Shown: piece by piece, positions 39,292-49,353 of the stretch
Layout: every line of letters begins with the position of its first letter
Numbering within the stretch: position 1 is the first letter of the stretch
Source: a bacterium
Lineage (GTDB): Bacteria; UBA8248; JACPRG01; G963555815
Assembly: GCA_965218795.1 (NCBI GenBank)
Contig: OZ244653.1
Location: forward strand, 672,001-736,000
Reading direction: 5' to 3'
DNA: 64,000 nucleotides
The notes under the pieces: generated by a model
Told to the model about the DNA's origin: nothing
The model's input: only the letters and a program-made list of their open reading frames with translations
Databases searched by the model: none
Position numbers and translations under genes: made by a program

Positions 39292-41160
39292 ATGCCGAAG
39301 ACCCGAAAGACGAAGGGCTTCCCACAATCGGGCCGTCTCCGCGGGAAGCGCCCGCCGAAGCTTGATCCCGTGACGCTGGCCGTCCTGAGCAAGCGGTTCG
39401 ATGCCGTCACGACCAAGATGGCGAACACCCTGTTCCGGACGGGACGGTCGGGCGTGCTCAATCTCGCCAAGGATTTCTCGACGAGCATCGTCACGCGGGA
39501 CTGCGAGCTCCTGACCGGCGCGGAGACCCTCCCCATCCACGTATTGAGTGGCGCCGACCTCATGGCCCGCGCCATGATGGACCTGCATCCCAACCTCAAG
39601 CGGGGGGACGCCTTCTTGCACAATTCGCCCTACCACGGCTGCTCTCACCCCGCCGACCACACGATCCTCGTCCCGGTCATCGATGAGAAAGGAACGCACC
39701 ATTTCACCGTTTGGGTGAAGGCCCACCAGGCGGATTGCGGCAATTCACAGCCGACCACGTACATGGGGCACGCCCGGGACGTCTACGAGGAAGGAGCGCT
39801 CATCTTCCCCGCCGTCAAAGTGGAAGAGGACTATCAGGAGCTGACGGACATCGTCCGCATGTGCGAAATGCGCATCCGAGTGCCCGAGCAGTGGAGGGGG
39901 GATTTCCTGGCCATGGTCGGCGCGGCCCGGATCGGCGAGCGGGAAATCCTCGGCATGGCCGAGGAGTACGGCTGGGAGACGCTCCATGCGTTCGCGGCCC
40001 AGTGGTTCGATTACAGCGAGAAGGTGATGCGCGCGGCGATCCGGAAGCTGCCGAGCGGCGAGGCCACGGCGGTCAGCGTTCATGACCCGGTGCCCGGAAC
40101 GCCCCCGGAGGGTATTCCCATCAAGGTCAAGGTGAAGATCGACAACCGGGCCGGGATGATCGAGACCGACCTGACGGATAACCCGGACGCCATGCCCTGC
40201 GGGTTGAACCTGAGCGAGGCCTGCGCGCGTACGGCGGCCATGATCGCCATCTTCAACAGCATCGAGGACGATGTCCCGACAAACGCCGGAAGCTTCCGCC
40301 GGATCCGGATTCACATCCGGGAGGGTTGTGTGGCGGGCGGAGCCAGACATCCCACCAGCATGTCGGTGGCCACGACCAACCTGGCCGACAGGGTGACGTG
40401 TCCGGTCCAGCGGGCCTTTTCCATGATTCAGGACGGCCTCGGCCTGGCGGAGTGCGGCGCCTTCTTCCCCGCGTCCATGGGGGTCATCTCCGGGTTTGAC
40501 CCGCGCAACGAGAACGCCCCCTTCGTGAACCAGATATTCATGTTCGACACCGGCGGGGCGGGCGCCGCCAAAACGGACGCCTGGCTGACCATCTGCCACG
40601 CGGGCAATTCGGGCCTCTGCTTTCTGGACAGCGTGGAGCTCGATGAACTGCATTTTCCGATCCTCGTGAATACCCGGAGACTTGTGCCTGACACGGAAGG
40701 AGCGGGCCGCACCATCGGCGCGCCGTCGGGCCTGTGCGAGTACGGCCCTGTGGGGGGCGGGGAACTGGAGGTCAATTATATTTCCGACGGCGCCGTTAAC
40801 AACGCCAAGGGAACGCTCGGAGGCTGGAAGGGGGCCAAGCCGAGAAATTTCCGACGGGTCCCCGGAAAGAAGAAGCCGGTCCCGCTGCCGGCCTGCGCCA
40901 ACATCATTCTGGCTCCGAAGGAAACGGTCATTTCCTACACCGCGGGTGGAGGGGGCTACGGCCCGCCCCATGAGCGCGCGGTCGAAAAGGTGCAGTACGA
41001 CGTAGTGGAAGGCTGGATTACCCGGAAGCGGGCGGAAGAAGTCTATGGGGTCGTTCTGGACCGGGCGGGGAACGTGGACGAAGCCGCAACCGCCCGAAAG
41101 CGAAGGGCATTGGCCCGCAGGAAAACTCGACAGCCCAACGGAAGGGAGAGGGGTTCGTGA
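39292..41160 (+). CDS. Hydantoinase/oxoprolinase subunit B (HyuB/OplB-like)
   Basis: LDPVTLAV, HNSPYHGCSHPADH, AHQADCG, YEEG, AGGGGYGPP. Confidence 0.92.
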   Translation: MPKTRKTKGFPQSGRLRGKRPPKLDPVTLAVLSKRFDAVTTKMANTLFRTGRSGVLNLAKDFSTSIVTRDCELLTGAETLPIHVLSGADLMARAMMDLHPNLKRGDAFLHNSPYHGCSHPADHTILVPVIDEKGTHHFTVWVKAHQADCGNSQPTTYMGHARDVYEEGALIFPAVKVEEDYQELTDIVRMCEMRIRVPEQWRGDFLAMVGAARIGEREILGMAEEYGWETLHAFAAQWFDYSEKVMRAAIRKLPSGEATAVSVHDPVPGTPPEGIPIKVKVKIDNRAGMIETDLTDNPDAMPCGLNLSEACARTAAMIAIFNSIEDDVPTNAGSFRRIRIHIREGCVAGGARHPTSMSVATTNLADRVTCPVQRAFSMIQDGLGLAECGAFFPASMGVISGFDPRNENAPFVNQIFMFDTGGAGAAKTDAWLTICHAGNSGLCFLDSVELDELHFPILVNTRRLVPDTEGAGRTIGAPSGLCEYGPVGGGELEVNYISDGAVNNAKGTLGGWKGAKPRNFRRVPGKKKPVPLPACANIILAPKETVISYTAGGGGYGPPHERAVEKVQYDVVEGWITRKRAEEVYGVVLDRAGNVDEAATARKRRALARRKTRQPNGRERGS

Positions 41161-41179
41161 GCGGAGAAGGAGTTGAATC

Positions 41180-41935
41180 ATGAGACTGAAGGACAAGGTG
41201 GCTATCGTCACCGGCGGATCCCAGGGGATCGGCGAAGCCGTCTCTCGGGCCTACGCCAGGGAAGGGGCCAAGGTGGCCGTCGTCAATTACCGGAATCCCG
41301 AGCTGGGCGAGAAGGTCGCGGGCGAGATCGCCGAGGCCGGCGGCACGGCGGTGGCGATCCGGTGCGACGTGTCCAAGAAGTCCGAAGTCGAAGCCCTCGT
41401 GAGACAAGTGACTGACGAGTACGGCACAGTGGACATCCTCCTGTCGAACGCGGGCATCATGATCAACAAGCAGATCGAGGATTACTCCGAGGACGAGTGG
41501 GACCTGATGATCGATGTAAACCTCAAGGGCTCCTTCCTGACCGCCCAGGCCGTCGTGCCGCTGATGAAGGAAAGGAAATACGGGAAGATCATCTTCATGG
41601 CTTCCATTGCCGGGACCGTCGCCTTCCCCAACTCCGTTCCCTACTGCGCGAGCAAAGGGGGCGTCATCCTCATCATGAAGGCCTTGGCCGCTGAGGTTTC
41701 GAAATTCGGCATCAACGTCAACTCGATCTCTCCGGGCAACACTGCGACCCCGCTGAACCAGCATCTGCAGGACAACGAAGAGTTCGTCAAATTGCTGGAG
41801 TTCTTCACGCCGACCGGCCGGGCCTACATTTCGACCGAAGAGATGGCGGGGGCGGCGGTTTTCCTCGCCTCCGATGAGGCCAGAGCCGTGCACGGACTCG
41901 ACTTGATCGTCGACGACGGATGGTGCGCCATTTGA
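41180..41935 (+). CDS. SDR oxidoreductase, copy 1
   Basis: TGGSQGIG, NAG, YCASK, PG. Confidence 0.92.
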   Translation: MRLKDKVAIVTGGSQGIGEAVSRAYAREGAKVAVVNYRNPELGEKVAGEIAEAGGTAVAIRCDVSKKSEVEALVRQVTDEYGTVDILLSNAGIMINKQIEDYSEDEWDLMIDVNLKGSFLTAQAVVPLMKERKYGKIIFMASIAGTVAFPNSVPYCASKGGVILIMKALAAEVSKFGINVNSISPGNTATPLNQHLQDNEEFVKLLEFFTPTGRAYISTEEMAGAAVFLASDEARAVHGLDLIVDDGWCAI

Positions 41936-41971
41936 TCGAGGCGGACCGACCGGTTCTCAAGAAGACGTCTC

Positions 41972-42284
41972 ATGGGCCTTGTCTGCTATGTGAGGCGTGA
42001 AGGACGTCTACATTCGGATCATTGTGTCACGGGGGGAGGGCTACCCGGTTCTGGACCCCCGTGTGGTCAAGTCGCCCACGCTGGCCGTTCTGCTTCACGA
42101 TCCCCAGCCGTCGTCGGTCACCGGATCGAGCTACGATGTAAAAGGCGGAGAGTTGGATAACAAAAAGCGGTCCCGCGAAGTATACGGGGTCGTGTTTGAC
42201 TACAAGGGGAACGTCGACCGGGCGGCGACATCGAGAAGGCGAAGATCCCCGGCGAGTCGCAGCCGTGCCAAAGGGGGTCGTTGA
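41972..42284 (+). pseudogene. Chimeric remnant: class IV aminotransferase fragment fused to a paralogous hydantoinase B 3' end
   Basis: MGLVCYV start; 41994-42150 matches 43387-43543 (157 bp, one mismatch seen); then EVYGVVFDYKGNVDRAAT resembles the HyuB end EVYGVVLDRAGNVDEAAT. Confidence 0.85.
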
Positions 42285-42354
42285 CATGCCGTTTGCTTTT
42301 TGTGAAAGATGAGGCGAATGGTTTGCGCCGCCGAACGAAAGAGGGAGTAGGGAG

Positions 42355-43110
42355 ATGAGGTTGAAAGACAAAGTGGCCATCGTGACCGGTGGTTCCCAGG
42401 GCATTGGCGAAGCCGTCTGCAAGGCCTTTGGCCATGAGGGCGCCAGGGTGGTGGTCGGGAATTACGGGAATCTCGACCTTGGGGAAAAAGTGGCGGATGA
42501 AATCGTCCAGGCCGGGGGAACAGCCACGGCGATCCGGTGCGACGTGACCAAGAAGTCCGAAGTCGAAGCCCTCGTGAGACAAGTGATCGACGAATACGGG
42601 ACCGTGGACATCCTTATGGCCAACGCGGGCATCATGATCAACAAGCAGATCGAGGACTATACCGAGGAAGAATGGGACCTCACGATCGACACCAATCTGA
42701 AGGGCGGCTTCCTGACGGCCCAGGCCGTCGTGCCCATCATGAAAGAGAAAAAGTACGGAAAGATCGTTTTCACGGCTTCCACCTTAGGCTCTGTCGCCTT
42801 CCCCAACTCCGTTCCCTACTGCGCGAGCAAAGGGGGCGTCATCCTCATCATGAAGGCCTTGGCCGCTGAGGTTTCGAAATTCGGCATCAACGTCAACTCG
42901 ATCTCTCCGGGCAGTACGGCAACGTCCCTCAACCAGCACCTCCAGGACAACCCCGAATTCGTGAAGATGTTGGAGCAAATGACACCCACCGGCCGGGCCT
43001 ACATTTCGACCGAAGAGATGACCGGGGCGGCCGTCTTCCTCGCCTCTGACGAGGCCAGAGCCGTTCACGGACTCGACTTGCTCGTCGACGATGGATGGTG
43101 CGCCGTTTGA
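42355..43110 (+). CDS. SDR oxidoreductase, copy 2 (close paralog of 41180-41935)
   Basis: Same 251-aa length, near-identical sequence, YCASK. Confidence 0.92.
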   Translation: MRLKDKVAIVTGGSQGIGEAVCKAFGHEGARVVVGNYGNLDLGEKVADEIVQAGGTATAIRCDVTKKSEVEALVRQVIDEYGTVDILMANAGIMINKQIEDYTEEEWDLTIDTNLKGGFLTAQAVVPIMKEKKYGKIVFTASTLGSVAFPNSVPYCASKGGVILIMKALAAEVSKFGINVNSISPGSTATSLNQHLQDNPEFVKMLEQMTPTGRAYISTEEMTGAAVFLASDEARAVHGLDLLVDDGWCAV

Positions 43111-43140
43111 GGAAGGCGGAGCAGGGCTCCAGGCCGAACC

Positions 43141-44022
43141 ATGCCGCTGATTTGCTACGTCAATGGAGAATTCGTGGAAGCGGAGCGGGCCAAGGTCTCC
43201 GCCTTTGACCACGGGTTCCTCTATGGAGACGGTATCTTCGAAAGCCTCACCGCAACCAGCGGAAGGCTCTTCAAGCTCAGAGAGCACCTGGACCGGCTGG
43301 AGCGCTCGGCCCGGGCGCTGCGCCTGGAGCTTCCCGAGCCTCGGGAACGGATCGGCGAAATCGTCAAGCAGGCGGTCCGCCGCTCGGGCGTGAAGGACGT
43401 CTACATTCGGATCATTGTGTCACGGGGGGAGGGCTACCCGGTTCTGGACCCCCGTGTGGTCAAGTCGCCCACGCTGGCCGTTCTGCTTCACGATCCCCAG
43501 CCGCCGTCGGTCACCGGATCGAGCTACGATGTAAAAGGCGGAGGGCTGCGCCTGAAGACCGCTGGTGTGCGAAAGGTGCCGCCCGAGTCCTTCGAGCCGC
43601 GCGTAAAATGCCTCAACTACCTGAATCACGTCCTGGCCCGAATCGAGGCCATTGAATCGGGATATGACGAGGCCATCCTCCTGGACGTCCGGGGGTTTGT
43701 CGCCGAGGCGCCCGGAGAAAACATCTTCGTCGTCCAGGATGGTGTTCTCCGGACACCGCACGCCGCTCATGTCCTCGACGGGATCACCCGCAGGACGGTC
43801 TTGGATCTGGCCGGTCGAGAAGGGATACGGGCGGAAGAGGCTGATCTGACGCTCTACGACGTCTACACCGCGGACGAAGCGTTCCTGACCTCCTCCTTCA
43901 GCCGCGTTCACGGAGTCGTGGAGGTCGACGGCCGGAAGATCGAGTGCCCGGGCCCCCTCACGCGCCGGCTCCGGGAGATGCTATCGGAATTGGAAAGGAC
44001 GGAAGGGGAAGTGATAGACTGA
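43141..44022 (+). CDS. Class IV PLP aminotransferase (BCAT/D-amino acid type)
   Basis: DHGFLYGDGIFE, HLDRL, KCLNY, EAPGENIF, LDGITR, ADEAFLT. Confidence 0.9.
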   Translation: MPLICYVNGEFVEAERAKVSAFDHGFLYGDGIFESLTATSGRLFKLREHLDRLERSARALRLELPEPRERIGEIVKQAVRRSGVKDVYIRIIVSRGEGYPVLDPRVVKSPTLAVLLHDPQPPSVTGSSYDVKGGGLRLKTAGVRKVPPESFEPRVKCLNYLNHVLARIEAIESGYDEAILLDVRGFVAEAPGENIFVVQDGVLRTPHAAHVLDGITRRTVLDLAGREGIRAEEADLTLYDVYTADEAFLTSSFSRVHGVVEVDGRKIECPGPLTRRLREMLSELERTEGEVID

Positions 44023-44097
44023 CCGCGGGATGAACTCAATCCCGTCCGCTCCTGAATGAACCCATCAACGACGCTGAACCGCGGAGGCGGATTCACC

Positions 44098-45489
44098 ATG
44101 CCGAAATCCTTGAAAGAACTGGACCAGGCCCACCGGATGTCCTTGTGGACGCCGTACATCCAGATGGAGACCATTCGGGAACAGGGCCCGTTGATCTTCG
44201 AACGGGCTGAAGGCGTATACCTCTACGATTCCTCCGGAAAGAAGTACTTGGACGCCCATGCGAGTCTCTGGCTGGTCAACATCGGCTACGGCCGGCAGGA
44301 GGTGATCGACGCGGTCCATGAGCAGATGAAGAAGATGTCCTATTTCAGCATGTTCCTGGGGTACTCCAACGCGCCGGCCATCGAGCTCGGCGAACGGCTG
44401 AGAGGGCTCGCCGAACCCGAGGGAATGGGAAAGGTTTTTTATTCCGACAGCGGCTCGGAAGCGGTCGAAACGGCGCTCAAAATGGTGCGTCAATACTGGA
44501 AGAACCTCGGCAAGGCCGGGAAGTACAAGGTCATCGGCCGCCGCAATGGTTACCACGGAGTCACTTTCGGCGCGCTTTCCGCATCGGGGATGACGGCCAA
44601 CCGGCGGATGTTCGAGCCTCTCCTACCGGGTTTCCGCCACATTCCCGAGCCCAACTGCTACCGAAATGATTTCGGCGATAATCTGACCGAGGAGCAGGTC
44701 TCCGAGGCCGCGGCCAACGCCCTTAGGACGGCCATCGAGTTCGAGGGACCGGATACGGTGGCCGCGTTCATCGCCGAACCCGTCATGGGAGCCGTCGGCG
44801 TGATCGTGCCGCCGGAGAGCTATTTGCGGAAATGCCGCGAGATCTGCACAGAGTACAATGTCCTGTTCATTGCGGATGAAGTGATCACAGGATTCGGCCG
44901 GACCGGGACGTGGTTCGGCAGCCGGACCTATGGGATCCAGCCGGATATCATGTGTTTCGCCAAAGGGCTCACGAGCGGCTACGTCCCCATGGGCGCCACG
45001 ATGTGCACCGAAGAGGTTTATCAGGCCTTCCTCGGAAATCCGGGGGACGGGAAGGAATTCCGGCACGGAAACACCTACAGCGGGCATGCCGCCGCGGCCG
45101 CCGCGGCTCTGGCCAATCTGGAGATCGTCGAAAAGGAGGACCTTCCCGGAAACGCGAAGACCGTCGGGGATTATCTTCTCAACCGGCTGCGCGAGCTCGA
45201 AAAATATCCGATTGTCGGAGATGTGCGAGGTATCGGCCTGGTCGCTCGGATCGAGTTGGTCCAGGACAAATCGACGAAAAAACCTTTCGACAAGCCGGGG
45301 GCCATCGGGGGTAAGCTTCAAAAACGTCTTGAGGAATTGGGCGTGATCTTCAGGAATGTCGTGGACGTGTTGACGATTTCTCCACCTCTGGTGCTGACCA
45401 GAGAAGAGGCTGATATCATCGTTGACGGTTTCGATCAGGCAATCGGAGAAGTTGTCGAATCACTCTCGGTAAATTTTATAACTAATTGA
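44098..45489 (+). CDS. Class III PLP aminotransferase (omega-amino acid/amine transaminase)
   Basis: SGSEAVETALK, YHGVT, FIADEVITGFGRTG, AKGLTSGY, HGNTYSGH. Confidence 0.92.
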   Translation: MPKSLKELDQAHRMSLWTPYIQMETIREQGPLIFERAEGVYLYDSSGKKYLDAHASLWLVNIGYGRQEVIDAVHEQMKKMSYFSMFLGYSNAPAIELGERLRGLAEPEGMGKVFYSDSGSEAVETALKMVRQYWKNLGKAGKYKVIGRRNGYHGVTFGALSASGMTANRRMFEPLLPGFRHIPEPNCYRNDFGDNLTEEQVSEAAANALRTAIEFEGPDTVAAFIAEPVMGAVGVIVPPESYLRKCREICTEYNVLFIADEVITGFGRTGTWFGSRTYGIQPDIMCFAKGLTSGYVPMGATMCTEEVYQAFLGNPGDGKEFRHGNTYSGHAAAAAAALANLEIVEKEDLPGNAKTVGDYLLNRLRELEKYPIVGDVRGIGLVARIELVQDKSTKKPFDKPGAIGGKLQKRLEELGVIFRNVVDVLTISPPLVLTREEADIIVDGFDQAIGEVVESLSVNFITN

Positions 45490-46283
45490 TGTTTAATGCT
45501 TTATATTTTGTAATGCTTGGGTTGTTTGCGCTATTTAGTTAAGGTAATTGATAAGGCTAAATGACTAGGGTTCCCTTAAGCTTGGCGGCCGATACTTTCC
45601 TGTGGAATGTCACACTTGGCAAGTTGTCTTCCCGAAGAAACATGGGATTCGGAATCCAGCGCTTGTCCCTTTGATACTGATTTCAGTCGTGTCGAGAAAA
45701 TAATTCAGCCCCGGATTCCATGACCCTGGGTCAGAATGGTAAGGGGTCCCGGATTGCGGGCCGAAAACCCATTTCTTCGCACCCTGCGGTCAAACCGAAG
45801 GTCTTCCGGGCCGACCGAACGACCTGCAGGTTTTTCGAGAAATCCGTCTTCATTGCGTAGACCAGCTGATCCATTCGTCGTACAGGGTTTGTTGATTCTG
45901 CGCCCTTTTCTCATCAGTCCAATCGTATCCCTCATTTTTCAGAAATTCCAAACGAAGGTCGACCAGGGCGGGGGCAGGGCGGCGCTCACGATACCAAAGA
46001 AGTGATCCCTTGAATCATCAGGAACGTTGAATTCCATCGTTTGTTGGCTCGGACTCGGACATGGATAGACTCCCTATTCGAGATTGTCGAGGCAAGATAC
46101 TAGAGAGAATACTTTTCTGGGGGTCAATCTTCCATCCGTAAATTGGAGGCGAATTTTGCATGGATACGGGAATCGGATTAAAATAGATACAGGTCGAAGG
46201 GGAGGAAATAGGCTTAGGAGGCCAGCTCTCCTTCGATTCCTACCCGTTGTAAGGGCGCATACGGCCCAAGGGGAGGATGAGGC

Positions 46284-49133
46284 ATGTCTAGAGGTCCCTC
46301 CGTCAAACAGTTCCAGATTCGCGTCAATGGAGAAGAGATAAAGGTTTCAGGCGGTGACAAACGCCTGCTGATGGACGTTCTCCGCGATGACCTGCGTCTC
46401 ATCGGGACAAAAAACGGCTGTACGCAAGGGTACTGCGGCTCCTGCCGGGTCATCCTGAACGGGAAAGCCGTGAACTCGTGTACCACGACGATGAGGGTTG
46501 CGGACGGCGGCGACGTTGTCACGATAGAAGGGGTCGGCACGTCCGAATCGCCGCATCCCCTGCAGACAGCTTTCGCCGAGCATGGCGCTTGTCAATGCGG
46601 ATTCTGCATTCCCGGTTTCATCGTATCCGCCTACGGCCTCCTCGAAAAGAACCCCGACCCGTCGGTCCAGGAGATCAAAGCATCTCTGGAGGAAAACGTT
46701 TGCCGGTGCACGGGGTACAGGCAGATCCTGGAGGCCATCGACTCGGTCATCCATCCGGAAGCGGGTTCGCCGGTCGACCGCGGGTTGAACGGAAAGGGTG
46801 CCGTCGGCCGTTCCTTCCTTCGGGACGACGCCTTGGAGAAGTGCTGCGGGACGGCCCTGTATGCAGACGATTTGTTTGTCGACGAAATGCTGTACGCGGC
46901 CGTGCTCAGAAGCGCCCATCCGCACGCCCGAATCATATCGATTGACACGAACGAAGCGGAGGAGATGGAAGGGGTCCACGCCATCCTGACCGATAAAGAC
47001 GTCCCCCACAACCGGTTCGGTCTCCTGACGCCCGACCAGCCCGTTTTGGCGGAGGGTAAGGTGCGATGCGTGGGAGAGGCCGTTGTGGCCGTCGCAGCCG
47101 AAACACCGGAAATCGCCGAGGCCGCACGGAAGGCAATCAAGGTCGAATGGGAAGTCCTGCCGGCCATCCTGGACCCTCGCAACGCCCTGGAGGAGGATGC
47201 CCCGTATATCCAGGATCTGGTCCCGGAAGGGCAGGTCATCAAAGAGTACGGCAAGAACATCGTCAGCCGGCGCCAGATCGACCGCGGGGACGTGGATGCC
47301 GCGTTCGAGGAATGCGCCGTTGTGGTCGAGCGGGAATTCGCCACGCCCTTTGTCGAGCACGGCTATCTTGAGCCTGAGGCCTGTCTGACGTATCTCGAGG
47401 CTGACCCCGAAGGCGGAGAGTCCCGTCTGATCGTCCGCTGCGCCGGGCAGAACGTCTTTTCGGATCAGGCGCAGCTCTCCGCCACGCTCGAATGGGAGCC
47501 CGAGCGAATCCGCGTCATCATGCCCAAGTGCGGCGGCGCCTTCGGCGGCAAGGAAGATGTTGTCCCGCAGATCCTCTGCGCGCTTCTCACGGTCAAGTCC
47601 GGGAAGCCCGTGAAGTATGTCCTGACGCGGGAGGAGTCGCTCCTGGCCTCCACGAAGCGCCACCCGTTTTTCTCCCGCATCAAGGTCGGGGCCGACCGGG
47701 ACGGAAAGATCGTCGCCGTCGACGCCATGCACATCAGCGATACGGGGGCCTACGCCTCGGTGGGCGATGTGGTGATGACCCGAGCGGCCACACATGCGGC
47801 TGGACCTTATGAGGTGGATAACGTCCGGGTGGACGTGATCGGGGCTTTCACCAACAACCCCATCGGCGGCGCGATGCGCGGATTCGGCACGCCCCAGGCG
47901 GCCTACCCCATTGAGGTCGTCCTGGACCAGATCGCCGAGACGCTGAATATCGACCCGGTCGAGATTCGTTTGCGGAACGCCCTCGAGCCGGGCAAGCGGA
48001 CAGGAGCGGGCCAGATCCTGCACCAGAGCGTGGGTCTCAAGGATTGCATCCGACAGGTGGCCGATGCCGCCGGGTGGGACAATCTCAAGGGGTCGCAGAG
48101 CAATGGGGGCCCGTGGCGGCGGGGGGTCGGCATCGCGGTCGCCTATAAGAACGTCGGACTGGGGAATGCCAGCCACGAAGATCAATCCATGGCCTGCGTC
48201 TCTTTGGAGGACGACGGCCGCATCTCAATCCGCGCGGGTGCGGCGGAAATCGGCCAGGGCATGACGACCATCCTTCGACAATTCGCGGCCGAGACCCTTC
48301 GCGTGGATTACGAGGAAGTGGACATCCTGACGGGCGACACCTTCGAGACGCCCGATTGCGGGGTCTCTTCCGCTTCGAGACAGACTTTCGTCACGGGAAA
48401 CGCCGTGATTCGCGCCGCCCGGGACGTCAAGGACCAGCTCCTGCATGCGGCCTCCCGGTTTCTCGACGTACCGGAGGACCTTCTCCAGTTCGAGGGAGGC
48501 CGGGTTGTCGTGGAGGGGATGCCGGATCGATCCATTTCCTTCGCCGAGATCAAGCTCCGGTCCGACGGCCAAACCTTCGAGGCGGAAAAGCTCTACGTCC
48601 CACCGCAGACGAGCGCCTGGGGCGAGTACGGCAAGGACGATTACAAGACCCACGTCACATACGGCTATGGCGCGCAAGGGGCGGTCGTGGCCGTGAACGT
48701 CGAGACCGGGGAGGTGAAGTTGGAAAAGATGGTGACTGCCCACGACGTGGGCCGGGTCATCCATCCTGCGGCTTGCCGGGGGCAGATCGAAGGCGGCGTG
48801 GTCCAGGGGATCGGGTACGCGCTGAGCGAGGAATACGGCGTCAAGAAGGGGAAACCCAAGAGCAAGCTGTTCAAGAGATGCGGCATGCCCGACATCCATC
48901 AGATTCCCGAGCTGGTCACGCTGATGGTCGAGGACCCGGAAATCGAAGGACCTTTCGGGGCCAAGGGGGTGGGCGAGGTCTCCACGATTCCGACGGCTCC
49001 GGCCATCATCAACGCGATTCATGATGCCTGCGGCATCTGGATCTATGACCTTCCCGCAACGCCGAATAAGGTCAAGGAGGCATTGGAGGCCGCCGGGTTG
49101 CCGGAAGAGGGAATTCCGGCGGAAGTCCATTGA
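46284..49133 (+). CDS. Molybdopterin oxidoreductase with fused 2x[2Fe-2S] domain (aldehyde oxidoreductase/XdhD-like)
   Basis: GCTQGYCGSC, QCGFC, CRCTGY, GGAFGGK, AMRGFG, GQG, SSASR, KGVGE. Confidence 0.92.
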   Translation: MSRGPSVKQFQIRVNGEEIKVSGGDKRLLMDVLRDDLRLIGTKNGCTQGYCGSCRVILNGKAVNSCTTTMRVADGGDVVTIEGVGTSESPHPLQTAFAEHGACQCGFCIPGFIVSAYGLLEKNPDPSVQEIKASLEENVCRCTGYRQILEAIDSVIHPEAGSPVDRGLNGKGAVGRSFLRDDALEKCCGTALYADDLFVDEMLYAAVLRSAHPHARIISIDTNEAEEMEGVHAILTDKDVPHNRFGLLTPDQPVLAEGKVRCVGEAVVAVAAETPEIAEAARKAIKVEWEVLPAILDPRNALEEDAPYIQDLVPEGQVIKEYGKNIVSRRQIDRGDVDAAFEECAVVVEREFATPFVEHGYLEPEACLTYLEADPEGGESRLIVRCAGQNVFSDQAQLSATLEWEPERIRVIMPKCGGAFGGKEDVVPQILCALLTVKSGKPVKYVLTREESLLASTKRHPFFSRIKVGADRDGKIVAVDAMHISDTGAYASVGDVVMTRAATHAAGPYEVDNVRVDVIGAFTNNPIGGAMRGFGTPQAAYPIEVVLDQIAETLNIDPVEIRLRNALEPGKRTGAGQILHQSVGLKDCIRQVADAAGWDNLKGSQSNGGPWRRGVGIAVAYKNVGLGNASHEDQSMACVSLEDDGRISIRAGAAEIGQGMTTILRQFAAETLRVDYEEVDILTGDTFETPDCGVSSASRQTFVTGNAVIRAARDVKDQLLHAASRFLDVPEDLLQFEGGRVVVEGMPDRSISFAEIKLRSDGQTFEAEKLYVPPQTSAWGEYGKDDYKTHVTYGYGAQGAVVAVNVETGEVKLEKMVTAHDVGRVIHPAACRGQIEGGVVQGIGYALSEEYGVKKGKPKSKLFKRCGMPDIHQIPELVTLMVEDPEIEGPFGAKGVGEVSTIPTAPAIINAIHDACGIWIYDLPATPNKVKEALEAAGLPEEGIPAEVH

Positions 49134-49151
49134 TCTCGAACTGCATCGACC

Positions 49152-49190
49152 GCCCCGCCGAACAGGACAGCGTCCGGCGGGGCTTTTTTT
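49152..49190 (+). terminator. Intrinsic terminator
   Basis: gccccgccg...cggcggggc followed by T7. Confidence 0.7.
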
Positions 49191-49353
49191 CTTCCGGTTC
49201 AGGTTGCCTTCCCCGGACGATCATCGGTTTCTTCCGGGTCCGATTCGAAGAGCCTCCTGATGAACAACTGCACGCTCCGCCCGCCTGGTATAAGATGTCG
49301 GTCACCGGACCCGTCCAAATTGCAAACCCACGTCGAACGAAAGGGCCAGGGGG

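Noticed and set aside
46141-46162. Sigma54 promoter (tggaggcgaattttgca)
   Set aside because: GG-to-GC spacing is 11 nt rather than the required 10
46284-49133. Selenocysteine recoding in the molybdoenzyme
   Set aside because: No in-frame TGA; the TGA in the tal remnant is accompanied by a frameshift, so decay is the simpler explanation there
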